In this document: one piece after another, positions 31,004 through 39,867 of the stretch
Layout of the letters: the number at the start of each line of letters is the position of its first letter
Numbering within the stretch: position 1 is the first letter of the stretch
Assembly (NCBI GenBank): GCA_964542475.1
Contig: CAZIUL010000009.1
Location: 65,818-129,817 of the forward strand
Origin: an uncultured Phycisphaerales bacterium
GTDB taxonomy: Bacteria; Planctomycetota; B15-G4; CAYZWU01
Length of the DNA stretch: 64,000 nucleotides
Reading direction: 5' to 3'
Notes under the pieces: model-generated
Told to the model about the DNA's origin: nothing
Seen by the model: the letters and a program-made list of their open reading frames with translations, nothing else
Databases searched by the model: none
Translations under genes and position numbers: made by a program

Positions 31004-31735
31004 TCATCTGTTTGATTCAAGGCCGCTCTGAGGATTTCCATGGATAACGGGTGAATGTATGATTCTGAGCGCTTTGACCATTACATGTTCCTGCGAGGCC
31101 AGCTTGTAAAGGGCCCTGGCCAAGTCACCAATCCGCGGCTGCCTGCCGCCCATGCCTTCCAGCTCAAACAGCACAAACCCGTCTCTCATCTCATAACGTC
31201 GTATTAAAGGCCGAACATCCACGGTAAAACAACGGTCTTTTCGCGTGACGGTTGTTTCGATTTTTTCCATGGCGATCCATCTTCCAGCGGCTGATTCGAC
31301 ATCCTCGGCAGGGCCGTCAAAACAAAGAGTAAGCCCGATCTCTTCGGCATCCAACCCTTCCGGCCCGCCCCTGACAGCCTTGGTGATTGTAAAGCCTCCG
31401 GGCAGCTGTGCGTTGAGACTACTGCAAAGTTCCCCTGGGTTAACCTCATCCGCCAGTTTCACGGAGATCCATTCACCGTCGGTTTCGACCCCAACTGGAA
31501 CGGCCCTGAATGAGGACAGCCGGATATGCGGATTACATCCTTGTGTAAAGCAAAGAGGCAGGCCTGTCCTCCTCAAGGCCCTTTCAAGGATCCTGATCGT
31601 GTCCAGGTGTGAGAAAAAAACCGCATCACCGCTCTTGGTATAGATAAATGAAAACAAAGGACCCTCTGGCATTCTTGCCTTCGACTGTTCAACATTCAGC
31701 ATTCGACATTCGCCTGCCGGAGCCTGAAGAAACAA
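31004..31735 (-). CDS. DUF2344 (TIGR03936) family protein, commonly partnered with rng and a radical-SAM gene
   Basis: Motif FSHLDTIRILERALRRTGLPLCFTQGCNPHIRLSS is typical of DUF2344. Start may be an internal ATG (MPEGPLFSF). Confidence 0.6.
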   Translation of the reverse strand: MFLQAPAGECRMLNVEQSKARMPEGPLFSFIYTKSGDAVFFSHLDTIRILERALRRTGLPLCFTQGCNPHIRLSSFRAVPVGVETDGEWISVKLADEVNPGELCSSLNAQLPGGFTITKAVRGGPEGLDAEEIGLTLCFDGPAEDVESAAGRWIAMEKIETTVTRKDRCFTVDVRPLIRRYEMRDGFVLFELEGMGGRQPRIGDLARALYKLASQEHVMVKALRIIHSPVIHGNPQSGLESNR

Positions 31736-31826
31736 ACAGACAAAATACTACCTGTCAGCAAAAACAGGCAAGGAAAATATCATGGATGTATAAAGGGCCA
31801 GACCGGAACAGGGAGGGGAAAAGGAA

Positions 31827-31856
31827 GCCGGCGCCCTGTTGTCAGGATACGCCGGC
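31827..31856. terminator. Possible terminator hairpin downstream of pilQ
   Basis: gccggcgccctgttgtcaggatacgccggc is a 7-bp GC stem. On the minus strand it is followed by a U-rich stretch (ttccttttcc). Confidence 0.35.
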
Positions 31857-31929
31857 TTCCAACCGCCTATGATGTCCTTCGTGTTCCACGCCGCGTCAGG
31901 CGCATTCAGGCTGCCCTGCCTTTGGACGA

Positions 31930-33780
31930 TCAGTTTTCCTCTTCGATAACGACCTCGCCCACGCCCATGTCGCCCACGAGATCGGAGAACTCTTCTCCAC
32001 CGCTTTCATAGATTCTTAAAAATTCCTCGCTGAGGTCCATCTTTGCCTTGCTGGCCCCTCCCTCGATGATCCTTGGCCTGATCATGACGATCAGGTCTTC
32101 CTTGATCTTAATGCTCGATTTCGACTTGAACAGATACCCGAGGTAAGGTATGTCACCCAGCCAGGGAACTTTGGTGACAACCTCTGTTTCACGGTTGCTG
32201 ACGAGGCCTCCTATCACCCCGAACTGTCCCGACTCCAGCATCAGGTTCGTGACCACGGTCTGACTCCTTACGCGCGGGAGGTACATCTCGTTGAGAAAGC
32301 CTGCAGCGTATATGCTGAACTTGTCGAAGCCCTCCATGTTTGCGTCCGTGCTCTTGCCGCTGAGCGATTCGGCCTTAGGGATGATCGACATGACGATCCG
32401 GTTCGTGCCCGGAATGACGTGCGGCGTGACAAAAAGCTGAAACCCCAGATGAATGGGCGAGTTCGAGGCCTCCTTGATCGTGTACTGCAGATCACCGGCC
32501 TGGCCCGCCTTGGCCTCGATCTGGGCCCACCTGACCGTGTCTCCGACATTGATCGTGGCCTCGTGATGGTCCAGGGTCACAACGTGAGGGTTCTGAAAAA
32601 CCCTGCTCGAGGAGCTGATCTCCACCAGGTGAACCAGAAACTTGATCGGGGAAAAGTCCAGGGTTCCGTTGGTAACACCGGGCACCGGTGTCCAGTTGTT
32701 GATGTCAATATTAGGTGTCGGGCCCGGCATGACGGTGTCATTAAACCCGCCCTTGCCCAGATTGAAAGGAAAAGCAAGCGCCCTCTTGGCACCATCCCAG
32801 CTTGCGCCGATGCCTGTCCCGTTCAGCGGATCGGTAAACCCGAAAGATGCGTCGAAGTTGTCCCTCTTTTCGAAACTGATGAACTGAACATCGATCAGAA
32901 CCTGTAGCGGTTCCTGGTCAAGCCTCTCCAGTATCTCATCGATCCTGTCCAGGATGGGCTTGATGTCTTTCACGAAAATAACGTTGTCCTTCGGGAAAAA
33001 ATCAAGCTTTCCGTTATCCGAAAGCAGGCTTTCAATAGCCTTGAGGAGAGGAAAGTCCACCCTTGATTCGTGCTGTGCGGGCTGGTTTTCGCCTTCGATG
33101 TATTCGCTCGCGATCTTTGGAACATAGATGTTTCTCGGCCTTATGTACTTCAACTCGAAAACACGCGTTTCGAGCTGCTGCACGAGAGACTCGGAGGTGA
33201 CGATACGATACACGCCGCGGTTCTCCTCGACCATGTGGTAGCCCAGGGTCTTGACAACATTCTCCATCGCGTCTTTCCAGGGAATGTCGTCAACGTTCAT
33301 GTTCACGGTTCCCTCGACATCAGGCGCTATGATTACATCCGCGTTGCCGGCCAAGGCTATTGCGGTTATAACACGTTTGATGTCCTCATCGACGAAGGTG
33401 AACTGCACACGCTCGGGTTTTTCCACCCTGAATACCTTCGAGGATTTTTCTATCACGATACAGCCGGCCTTCTCCGCAACGATGTCAAGGGCATCGCGCC
33501 ACGGAACATTGTTTAGGGTCAGGCTTATCATTGCATCCTTGCCCTGCTCAAGCAGTATGTTGACGCCGACCTCGTTGATAATATGATCAAGCACGTCAGA
33601 CAACGGCCGCTCCTTGGCAACAATGCTAATCATCGCATCATCGTTTATCAGGCCCGGCACTTTCTCGCCTTCTCCAAGCACCTGGGCGCTTGAAGCCGAC
33701 CATGACGAACTCAACAAAAGAACAGCAACACACACCAACAAACACTCGATGCCACGCTTGAATACCGGAACAGGCGTCAT
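31930..33780 (-). CDS. pilQ: Type IV pilus secretin PilQ
   Basis: Signal peptide, N-terminal AMIN/secretin-N-type domains. C-terminal secretin signature VVTKVPWLGDIPYLGYLFKSKS. Last gene of the pilM-N-O/P-Q operon. Confidence 0.85.
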   Translation of the reverse strand: MTPVPVFKRGIECLLVCVAVLLLSSSWSASSAQVLGEGEKVPGLINDDAMISIVAKERPLSDVLDHIINEVGVNILLEQGKDAMISLTLNNVPWRDALDIVAEKAGCIVIEKSSKVFRVEKPERVQFTFVDEDIKRVITAIALAGNADVIIAPDVEGTVNMNVDDIPWKDAMENVVKTLGYHMVEENRGVYRIVTSESLVQQLETRVFELKYIRPRNIYVPKIASEYIEGENQPAQHESRVDFPLLKAIESLLSDNGKLDFFPKDNVIFVKDIKPILDRIDEILERLDQEPLQVLIDVQFISFEKRDNFDASFGFTDPLNGTGIGASWDGAKRALAFPFNLGKGGFNDTVMPGPTPNIDINNWTPVPGVTNGTLDFSPIKFLVHLVEISSSSRVFQNPHVVTLDHHEATINVGDTVRWAQIEAKAGQAGDLQYTIKEASNSPIHLGFQLFVTPHVIPGTNRIVMSIIPKAESLSGKSTDANMEGFDKFSIYAAGFLNEMYLPRVRSQTVVTNLMLESGQFGVIGGLVSNRETEVVTKVPWLGDIPYLGYLFKSKSSIKIKEDLIVMIRPRIIEGGASKAKMDLSEEFLRIYESGGEEFSDLVGDMGVGEVVIEEEN

Positions 33781-33900
33781 ACAACACCTCCTTAGCTACA
33801 CAAAACTTCTCTGGCGACTATCACATCGCATCGCCACCAGTGCCTTTTCCTTTGAATGGTCCCCGGAACCGGCAAAAACCCCTCATGATAATCTTATCCT

Positions 33901-35343
33901 TCATGGATTGATTTCGAAGGGCTGGTTCTTGTACCGGAACATGACTCTTTCTGTTTCGATTTTTTCGACAACCAGATCCTCCTGCACAAACTGCCCCTCC
34001 ATGAGAACCTGACCGTTTACAATTATGACGGATCGCTCCGTTTTGCTGATAATACCGCTGATCTTTATAGGAATCTTGTAGAACTCCCGGGCAGCGCGCG
34101 CCTTGATGTATATCTTCTCGATCTGGTTAATAACCGATCCCCTCTCATCATCCAACTCAGCAGCAGCCAATGCCTGGACTCCTATGTCCCCTTTCATCAG
34201 CTCGTAATCTCTCACGCACCTTTCATAATCCCCGGTGTCGAGCATCGTTTTGAGCTTGTCCCGCATATCCGTCAAGTGACCCAGCAAAACACCGGAAGGC
34301 ATAACCTCCTCATCCCCGGTGTTTATCTTGTTGATTTCCTTCAGGCCGGGCAAAATTATGCGGTCCATTTTTTTCACGCATGCCGGATCCGTGATCCACC
34401 TCTTTTCGATCGCCTCGTTGACCCGGTTGTTAATCTCGATTATTTTCTCCGCGGCCTCTTTTCTGATCTCTAACCCACGAATGAACGGCATACTCACCGT
34501 GTCCTTCATATACTCTAAAAGCCCGTTTACCTCGAATATCTTGTCCATCATGCCGGAAATGAACTCTTCCTGATCGGCCACATCCAGCCCGAAACCGCCT
34601 TTTCCCGAGGCGGCCCACCTTCTCGGGTCGATAAACGGGTCGCGAATTGTCGGGTCAGCAACATGTTCGTAGTGGTCGATCTTGAAATCACCCCGCCAGG
34701 TGATGATCTCGTCGATGATCATGTCCCGTTTTTTGTTATAATTTTGTATTTTCGTGGCACCCGCTTTTCCCTCGTTTCCATGATACACGTATGTCTCCAC
34801 GAGCATGTCCATTCCATGTGACACATCGCTCCGAAGCGTGTCCTCGTCGTACTCTCCGGCCTTGATCCTGATTTCGGTGATCTTCAAGAACCGCTCGTAG
34901 TTTTCGATCATGGAGATAAAATCGAGGAATTGAAAAATATTGCATCGCAAGTCGAGTCTGAAAGATTCCTTATCGAAAATCTGCGGGCCCTTTCTCTGTC
35001 GGATCGACCGCCTGTCGTCCCTCAAGCTCGTCAGCACGACATTGGACTTGTTCGCGAAATCGCTCAAACCCTTGACGAATTCGTTTACCTCCTTTGTATT
35101 CGGCAGGATCTTAACGTACCGGTTTACATTCTCACGGATTATGATGACTTCCTTCTCCAATGAAGCGACCTTGCCGCACTTGATCTTTGCAACGGCCACT
35201 TGACCCCGCAAAGCCTCCTCCTCCTCCACTACCCTCTGATACTCATCATAAATCCAGTAAGACAGGCCCCCGCTTCCCAGAAGAATCAACAAAGTGAAGG
35301 CAACCATGAAAATCTGGTATTTTTTCCGTGTCATCTTGGCCAA
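33901..35343 (-). CDS. Fused PilO-like / PilP-like inner-membrane T4P alignment protein (480 aa)
   Basis: N-terminal TM plus coiled coil plus a PilO-like segment (KILPNTKEVNEFVKGL). ~250-aa unassigned middle region. C-terminal PilP-like beta domain (ERSVIIVNGQVLMEGQFV...VVEKIETERVMFRYKNQPFEI). Sits between pilN and pilQ, where pilO and pilP normally lie. Confidence 0.55.
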   Translation of the reverse strand: MAKMTRKKYQIFMVAFTLLILLGSGGLSYWIYDEYQRVVEEEEALRGQVAVAKIKCGKVASLEKEVIIIRENVNRYVKILPNTKEVNEFVKGLSDFANKSNVVLTSLRDDRRSIRQRKGPQIFDKESFRLDLRCNIFQFLDFISMIENYERFLKITEIRIKAGEYDEDTLRSDVSHGMDMLVETYVYHGNEGKAGATKIQNYNKKRDMIIDEIITWRGDFKIDHYEHVADPTIRDPFIDPRRWAASGKGGFGLDVADQEEFISGMMDKIFEVNGLLEYMKDTVSMPFIRGLEIRKEAAEKIIEINNRVNEAIEKRWITDPACVKKMDRIILPGLKEINKINTGDEEVMPSGVLLGHLTDMRDKLKTMLDTGDYERCVRDYELMKGDIGVQALAAAELDDERGSVINQIEKIYIKARAAREFYKIPIKISGIISKTERSVIIVNGQVLMEGQFVQEDLVVEKIETERVMFRYKNQPFEINP

Positions 35344-35383
35344 CGCTACAGCTCCTCTACCTTTTTTAAGAACCAGTTGGGGA

Positions 35384-36061
35384 TCAATGGTTGTTTTCGC
35401 TCCCGCTCGTCGTACCGGCGCTCTTTTTCAAAATCGGTCTCTTCGCCGCAACCGTGTTTTTATCCCTGAGGTTCAATGTCCAAGCGTATTCGATCGCCTC
35501 CGGCGGGCACATTTTGTCGTCTATTACTGTTGTACCGGTGGGATTCGTTATCGAATCGAAGTCATCTACGAACAGATCATGGTTTTTCAAATCTTCGTTG
35601 AAATTGGACAATTGTTCGTACTGATCACCTGACAGATACCCCTTCAGATCAATCCCTTTCTGACGGGAATCGTTCATGCGGGCATGCATCTCCTTCAGCC
35701 AGACACAATGCCGTTCCGGATTCATTCGGTTGCTTACGACCTGGCACAGCTGATCCAGTTTCCTGGTCCAGTGAATCCGTGTGGCCTCGATATCCCTGAT
35801 GATGTTCTTGCGCTGCATAAACTCGGCTTTCTCCGCCTCAAGATCAGACGCATATTCCGCCATCGGTTTCAGATTCTCGAACTCCTCCTTGACTATGTTC
35901 CGCTCTGTCTCAGCGCCAGCGAGAATCACGAAATATAAATAGGCGACTATGCAGAGTGAGGATACGGATAGGACCGTTCCGGCGGCAACCATCAGATACG
36001 TCCCGGCCGTCCTTCTTTCGAACTCCCGATATTCTTGGGGGAGCAGGTTTATCTTCAGCAT
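35384..36061 (-). CDS. pilN: Type IV pilus assembly protein PilN
   Basis: Start MLKINLLPQEYRE at 36061 is the conserved PilN INLLP motif, followed by a single TM helix. The track ORF is extended 26 codons upstream. Confidence 0.75.
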   Translation of the reverse strand: MLKINLLPQEYREFERRTAGTYLMVAAGTVLSVSSLCIVAYLYFVILAGAETERNIVKEEFENLKPMAEYASDLEAEKAEFMQRKNIIRDIEATRIHWTRKLDQLCQVVSNRMNPERHCVWLKEMHARMNDSRQKGIDLKGYLSGDQYEQLSNFNEDLKNHDLFVDDFDSITNPTGTTVIDDKMCPPEAIEYAWTLNLRDKNTVAAKRPILKKSAGTTSGSENNH

Positions 36062-36086
36062 CTTTCCTTTTTTTACCTCCTCAGGT

Positions 36087-37118
36087 TCAACCCTTGATTC
36101 TGGATGCCAAGCCCATCGCCACCCCGAGGGACAGCGCATTCTCCGTGAGCAGTTCCGAATCCACCATGTCCGGATCCACGCCTACCCCGGCCACCGGGCT
36201 CCAGTAGATCGTTTTACGTTCAAAGATCTTTTCGAAGGCTTCGTCCAGGCCAAGCGCGCGACCCCCGCCGCCCGAAAGATAGATCGCCTCAACCTTGCTC
36301 TCGTACTGGTTTTCGTAATAGTCGAGAGAAAGGTTGATTTCGCTTCCCATCTCCTCGATTCCGGGGGCTATGGCATCCGCAACCTTGTCCGCTTCATCAC
36401 CGGGAGACCTCTTCATCTGCTCGCTTTCGAACAGCTCCAGGCCCTGCTTCTTTGCTATATATGAGGTGAAGTCGTTCCCACCCATGTAGATTTCGCGTGT
36501 AAAATACAACTCCATGCCCTGCAGGATGCTGATGCATGTCTTGTTTCCGCCTATGTCCAACAAGGCGACAACCTTGGTTTCCACGTCGTTTTCCGCGTTC
36601 ACGGAGTTCGAAAACTCGAAGGCGTTTGCCAGGGCAAAAACATCAACATCGGTAATCGCGGGCTGTAGGCCGCAGCCTTGCAGGAGCCGGTACTGATCTT
36701 CAACAACTTCTCTCATCACCGCGACCAGGATCACCCTCATTTCGTTTTTTGACAAACCGGTCGCTTCCTTCAGCCTCTGGCTGTCCAGCAGCACGTCATC
36801 GATCTCGAACGGTATGTATTTGTCAGCCTCGTACCGGAGCGCATTGTTGAGGTTATCGTCGGGCATCTCGATGATGTTGAGAAAGCGAACAATGACGGAT
36901 CTGCCGGAAACAGCCGTGGCCACACGTTTGCTTTTGAAGCGACAGGTGCGCAACAGCTCGCTCAAGGCGTCAGCCCTGGCATCTTCAGATGAAATATCTA
37001 TCTGGCCGTAACCGGTAATAATGTAATCATCTCGGTCAAATGAGAGCTCGATAGCCTTGATACATTCCGATCCCAGATCCAACCCTACGATAGACTTCCT
37101 TTTGCGCAAGAATACCAT
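36087..37118 (-). CDS. pilM: Type IV pilus assembly protein PilM (actin-like ATPase)
   Basis: N-terminus IVGLDLGSECIKAIEL. Actin/FtsA fold motifs (DIGGNKT..., GGGGRALGL). 343 aa. First gene of the operon. Confidence 0.9.
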   Translation of the reverse strand: MVFLRKRKSIVGLDLGSECIKAIELSFDRDDYIITGYGQIDISSEDARADALSELLRTCRFKSKRVATAVSGRSVIVRFLNIIEMPDDNLNNALRYEADKYIPFEIDDVLLDSQRLKEATGLSKNEMRVILVAVMREVVEDQYRLLQGCGLQPAITDVDVFALANAFEFSNSVNAENDVETKVVALLDIGGNKTCISILQGMELYFTREIYMGGNDFTSYIAKKQGLELFESEQMKRSPGDEADKVADAIAPGIEEMGSEINLSLDYYENQYESKVEAIYLSGGGGRALGLDEAFEKIFERKTIYWSPVAGVGVDPDMVDSELLTENALSLGVAMGLASRIKG

Positions 37119-37345
37119 TCCGGAGATCCTTATATATGCTGTTCGACGTGTATGATAGAACCCCTTTTCCCTTTAAACCCAGCCGATGTCTGATAGGGCA
37201 CAATCGGCGGTACTCTCGAATCTTCGGAAATTAACCTCCCTAACTTTAAACAAATCCCCATCCGCACGCCCACAAGGCAAAATTAGCGCGTCGAGCAATG
37301 CCGGCTGGTACGCAGGCAACCCACCCCTGAGGCTGTCAAGGGCTA

Positions 37346-37383
37346 TCCCGCATATTTCATCCTCTTCTGCTGCGGCACCGTAA
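37346..37383. repeat. Family-A repeat, solo copy (atcccgcatatttcatcctcttctgctgcggcaccgtaa)
   Basis: Exact match to the motif core. Generates the spurious ORF tail ...IPHISSSSAAAP in 37186-37383(+). Confidence 0.7.
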
Positions 37384-37445
37384 AGCGGGCTATGGCATCA
37401 AACGATATGAAAGGGAAAAAAGAGGGCGTGGGCAAAAAGCGATTA

Positions 37446-37706
37446 TCACTCGAAAAAGCCATTGGTCACGAGATCGACAAGCGAACAGATGAGCTCATCC
37501 GAATCAACGCCTTCGCTGATGAGTTCCATCTCATGGCCATAAGCACAGGCCAAGGTCATCAGTTGAATAATCGACTTTCCATCCACCGTGCAGCCATTGC
37601 ATGTAACAGTGAGACTCGCCTGGAACCGGGTGGAAATCTCCACGAATTTGCTAATAGGCCTCGCGTGAAGCCCGGCGCGGTTTGTAATCTTCACTTTCTT
37701 TCTCAA
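37446..37706 (-). CDS. ptsH: Phosphocarrier protein HPr / NPr
   Basis: KVKITNRAGLHARPISKFVEI... (the His-containing active-site region) and an overall HPr-like ~87 aa. No ATG in frame, so a TTG/GTG start near 37706 is inferred. The track ORF runs into the family-B repeat. Confidence 0.7.
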   Translation of the reverse strand: MRKKVKITNRAGLHARPISKFVEISTRFQASLTVTCNGCTVDGKSIIQLMTLACAYGHEMELISEGVDSDELICSLVDLVTNGFFE

Positions 37707-37744
37707 CTTATGGGCGTTCCGTACTCTGGCTGACCCTTGGTACA

Positions 37745-37903
37745 AGGGTCAGAGGTTGAGAGGTTGTGGAGAGCGATGATGATAATCGGACAATTCGAGG
37801 CTTGGCAGTCGGCACCGGTTCATCAATGTACAACAGGCCGAGGGTTTGATGCCGAGACTGATGCGGAGTTCAACGATGTCTACAGCAACCTTGAACCTCT
37901 GAA
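37745..37903. repeat. Family-B MITE-like element (~160 bp; TIR ggtcagaggttg ... caaccttgaacctctgaa)
   Basis: Highly similar to 42075-42236, including a conserved internal core (ccggttcatcaatgyacaaca.gc.gagggttt.at.cc.ag...agttcaacgat). Inserted between ptsN and hpr. Confidence 0.75.
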
Positions 37904-37917
37904 AACAAACGCGTGTA

Positions 37918-38379
37918 TCACTCGCTGAGTTCCTTGAGAATACCGCATATCTCTTTCCCGTTTTTAGCGTTTCTGACGAAACGACTGAAGTCCTGATGTC
38001 TCGCCATCCGGGAAATCCACTGGAGAATGCTCAAATGCTCTTCTGCGTGCCCGGTGGAAGAAACCAGGAGGAAAAGGATGTACACCGGTTCACCATCAAC
38101 TGCGCTGAAATCCACGCCCGCCTTCGAACGAGCCATAAGCATGAGCCGCTCCTGGCAACCGTCGATCTTCACATGCGGTATGGCCACCCCGTGCCCCAAC
38201 CCGGTGGATCCCAGTTTTTCACGATCGAGCAAAGCCTCAAAAGTGCTTTTCTTCTTGTTTTTCGGAAAGACACCTTGAGACACGGCGAAATCGAGCATCT
38301 CCTCGATCACCATTTTTTTCTCAACAGCCCCAAGGTCTTCGATTATATTATTTTCCTTAAACAATTGCAAATAAGACAT
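37918..38379 (-). CDS. ptsN: PTS EIIA(Ntr)-type nitrogen regulatory protein PtsN
   Basis: 153 aa. EIIA fructose/nitrogen-family fold with active-site His context GHGVAIPHVKIDG. Located in an rpoN cluster. Confidence 0.8.
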   Translation of the reverse strand: MSYLQLFKENNIIEDLGAVEKKMVIEEMLDFAVSQGVFPKNKKKSTFEALLDREKLGSTGLGHGVAIPHVKIDGCQERLMLMARSKAGVDFSAVDGEPVYILFLLVSSTGHAEEHLSILQWISRMARHQDFSRFVRNAKNGKEICGILKELSE

Positions 38380-38482
38380 CTATGCTCACCTCTTCAGTAA
38401 CGCGTCTTCGAAAAACAACAGTTAAGCATGCCTGATAAAGAGGCGCTCACGCATGCGCCAACGCTTGATTATAGAAAACATT

Positions 38483-38875
38483 TCAGGATTTCCCCTTGTA
38501 TTTTTTCCTGATAATTTCCTCGTAACTCAATTCATCATCCACATCCTGATCTGACTCAGGTTCGGGAGGTACACCTTTCACATGCCTATGGCCCCTCAAT
38601 CGCTCCTTGAAGCGCACCAGCTGTCTTTCCATTTTATCCATGAGCAAGTCTATAGCAGCATGTCCGTCCTGATGAGCCATACTCCCCACCAGCTGCTGAC
38701 CCCGCGAAACAGAAATGATCATCTCGACCGCATGCTTATCTTTTTCATTGTCGAGAATCACTTGCACCCTGGAGATGTTGTTAAAATACTTGATCAGCTT
38801 TTTCGCCTTGTCGCGAGCATAGTCCTTAATCTCTTGAGACTTGTTTTCATGCCTCCCGATTACTTCGATTTTCAA
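38483..38875 (-). CDS. hpf: Ribosome hibernation promoting factor (HPF / sigma-54 modulation protein)
   Basis: MKIEVIGRHENKSQEIKDYARDKAKKLIKYF... matches the YfiA/HPF family. Classic position downstream of rpoN. Confidence 0.85.
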   Translation of the reverse strand: MKIEVIGRHENKSQEIKDYARDKAKKLIKYFNNISRVQVILDNEKDKHAVEMIISVSRGQQLVGSMAHQDGHAAIDLLMDKMERQLVRFKERLRGHRHVKGVPPEPESDQDVDDELSYEEIIRKKYKGKS

Positions 38876-39029
38876 GTGGCCCTCCTTGCAATCAGCATAT
38901 TAAAAAGAGTCCTTTTCTCACCTACAACGCGCTACCCCTGTTGAAAACAGCAATAGCCCGGAGTTCATCCTGACATGCATCAGCAACCGATACGGGAAAC
39001 GATCCCTGGTTTTCCATAAGTAAGCCGAA

Positions 39030-39776
39030 TTAATAATTCACTCTCCACAAAAAAAGTCCTTTTGCCGGATATGTGGGCGGAGCAAGAGTCCTGTCCCCCG
39101 AATCGAGAATCTCTACAGCTCTCTTTTGCGATATGCTTCCGTCAGCCGTTGCCATGACGAAAGATACCATATTACGGACCATTCGGTAAAGGAACCCTTC
39201 TCCTGTGAAAAAAATTCTGACACATTCTTTTCGCCTCCTGACCTTGATCGACAGAATCCTGCGACGGCTGGACTTCACATCGGCGCCCGAAGCCCTCATT
39301 GCGGCAAAGTCCCGATCTCCCACTAGCAGCGAAGCAGCTTCGCGGATGGCTGCCTCACCAGGCAATTTACGAACACGGTGAAGGAAACGGCTTCTGAAGG
39401 GATCGTCAAACGGAGCTTCGACTATCTGATAAAAATAGGTCTTGTGGCGGACAGAGAACCTGGCATGGAAATCCAAGGGAACCCTCGATGCGCGAAGAAC
39501 TCTGATATCGCCCGGCAGAATGGCGTTCAGCCCCTTGACCAGGGTCTCTTCCGCGATCTCCTTGTCCAGATGAAACGAAGCAACCTGGCCAAGGGCGTGA
39601 ACTCCCGAATCGGTGCGTCCGGCGCCGGCGATGGAAACCTCTCTCCCGGTCAACCGGCTGATCCCGTCTTCGATAATCCCCCTCACTGTCCTTTCACCCT
39701 GAGCCTGTTTTTCCCATCCACAGAACCCCGTACCGTCATACGCAAAAATAAGCTTAAAGCAAAGATCCAAAGCCAT
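39030..39776 (-). CDS. truA: tRNA pseudouridine(38-40) synthase TruA
   Basis: FAYDGTGFCGWEKQ...AGAGRTDSGVHALGQV contains the catalytic Asp motif RTDxGVHA. Confidence 0.85.
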   Translation of the reverse strand: MALDLCFKLIFAYDGTGFCGWEKQAQGERTVRGIIEDGISRLTGREVSIAGAGRTDSGVHALGQVASFHLDKEIAEETLVKGLNAILPGDIRVLRASRVPLDFHARFSVRHKTYFYQIVEAPFDDPFRSRFLHRVRKLPGEAAIREAASLLVGDRDFAAMRASGADVKSSRRRILSIKVRRRKECVRIFFTGEGFLYRMVRNMVSFVMATADGSISQKRAVEILDSGDRTLAPPTYPAKGLFLWRVNY

Positions 39777-39867
39777 TCATCCGCCCAGGTGGTAAACTCG
39801 ACTCGTAAAGATCGAATTGAACCGATTCTTCAGCCCGCCCGGTTCGGCGCAGGCTTGTCTCTTTTCA

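Noticed and set aside
37186-37383. Small ORFs ending ...IPHISSSSAAAP (also 61451-61651 and ORF tails at 45155 and 63982)
   Set aside because: The identical C-terminal peptides are produced by reading through the family-A repeat, and there is no SD or coding signal. They are repeat artefacts.
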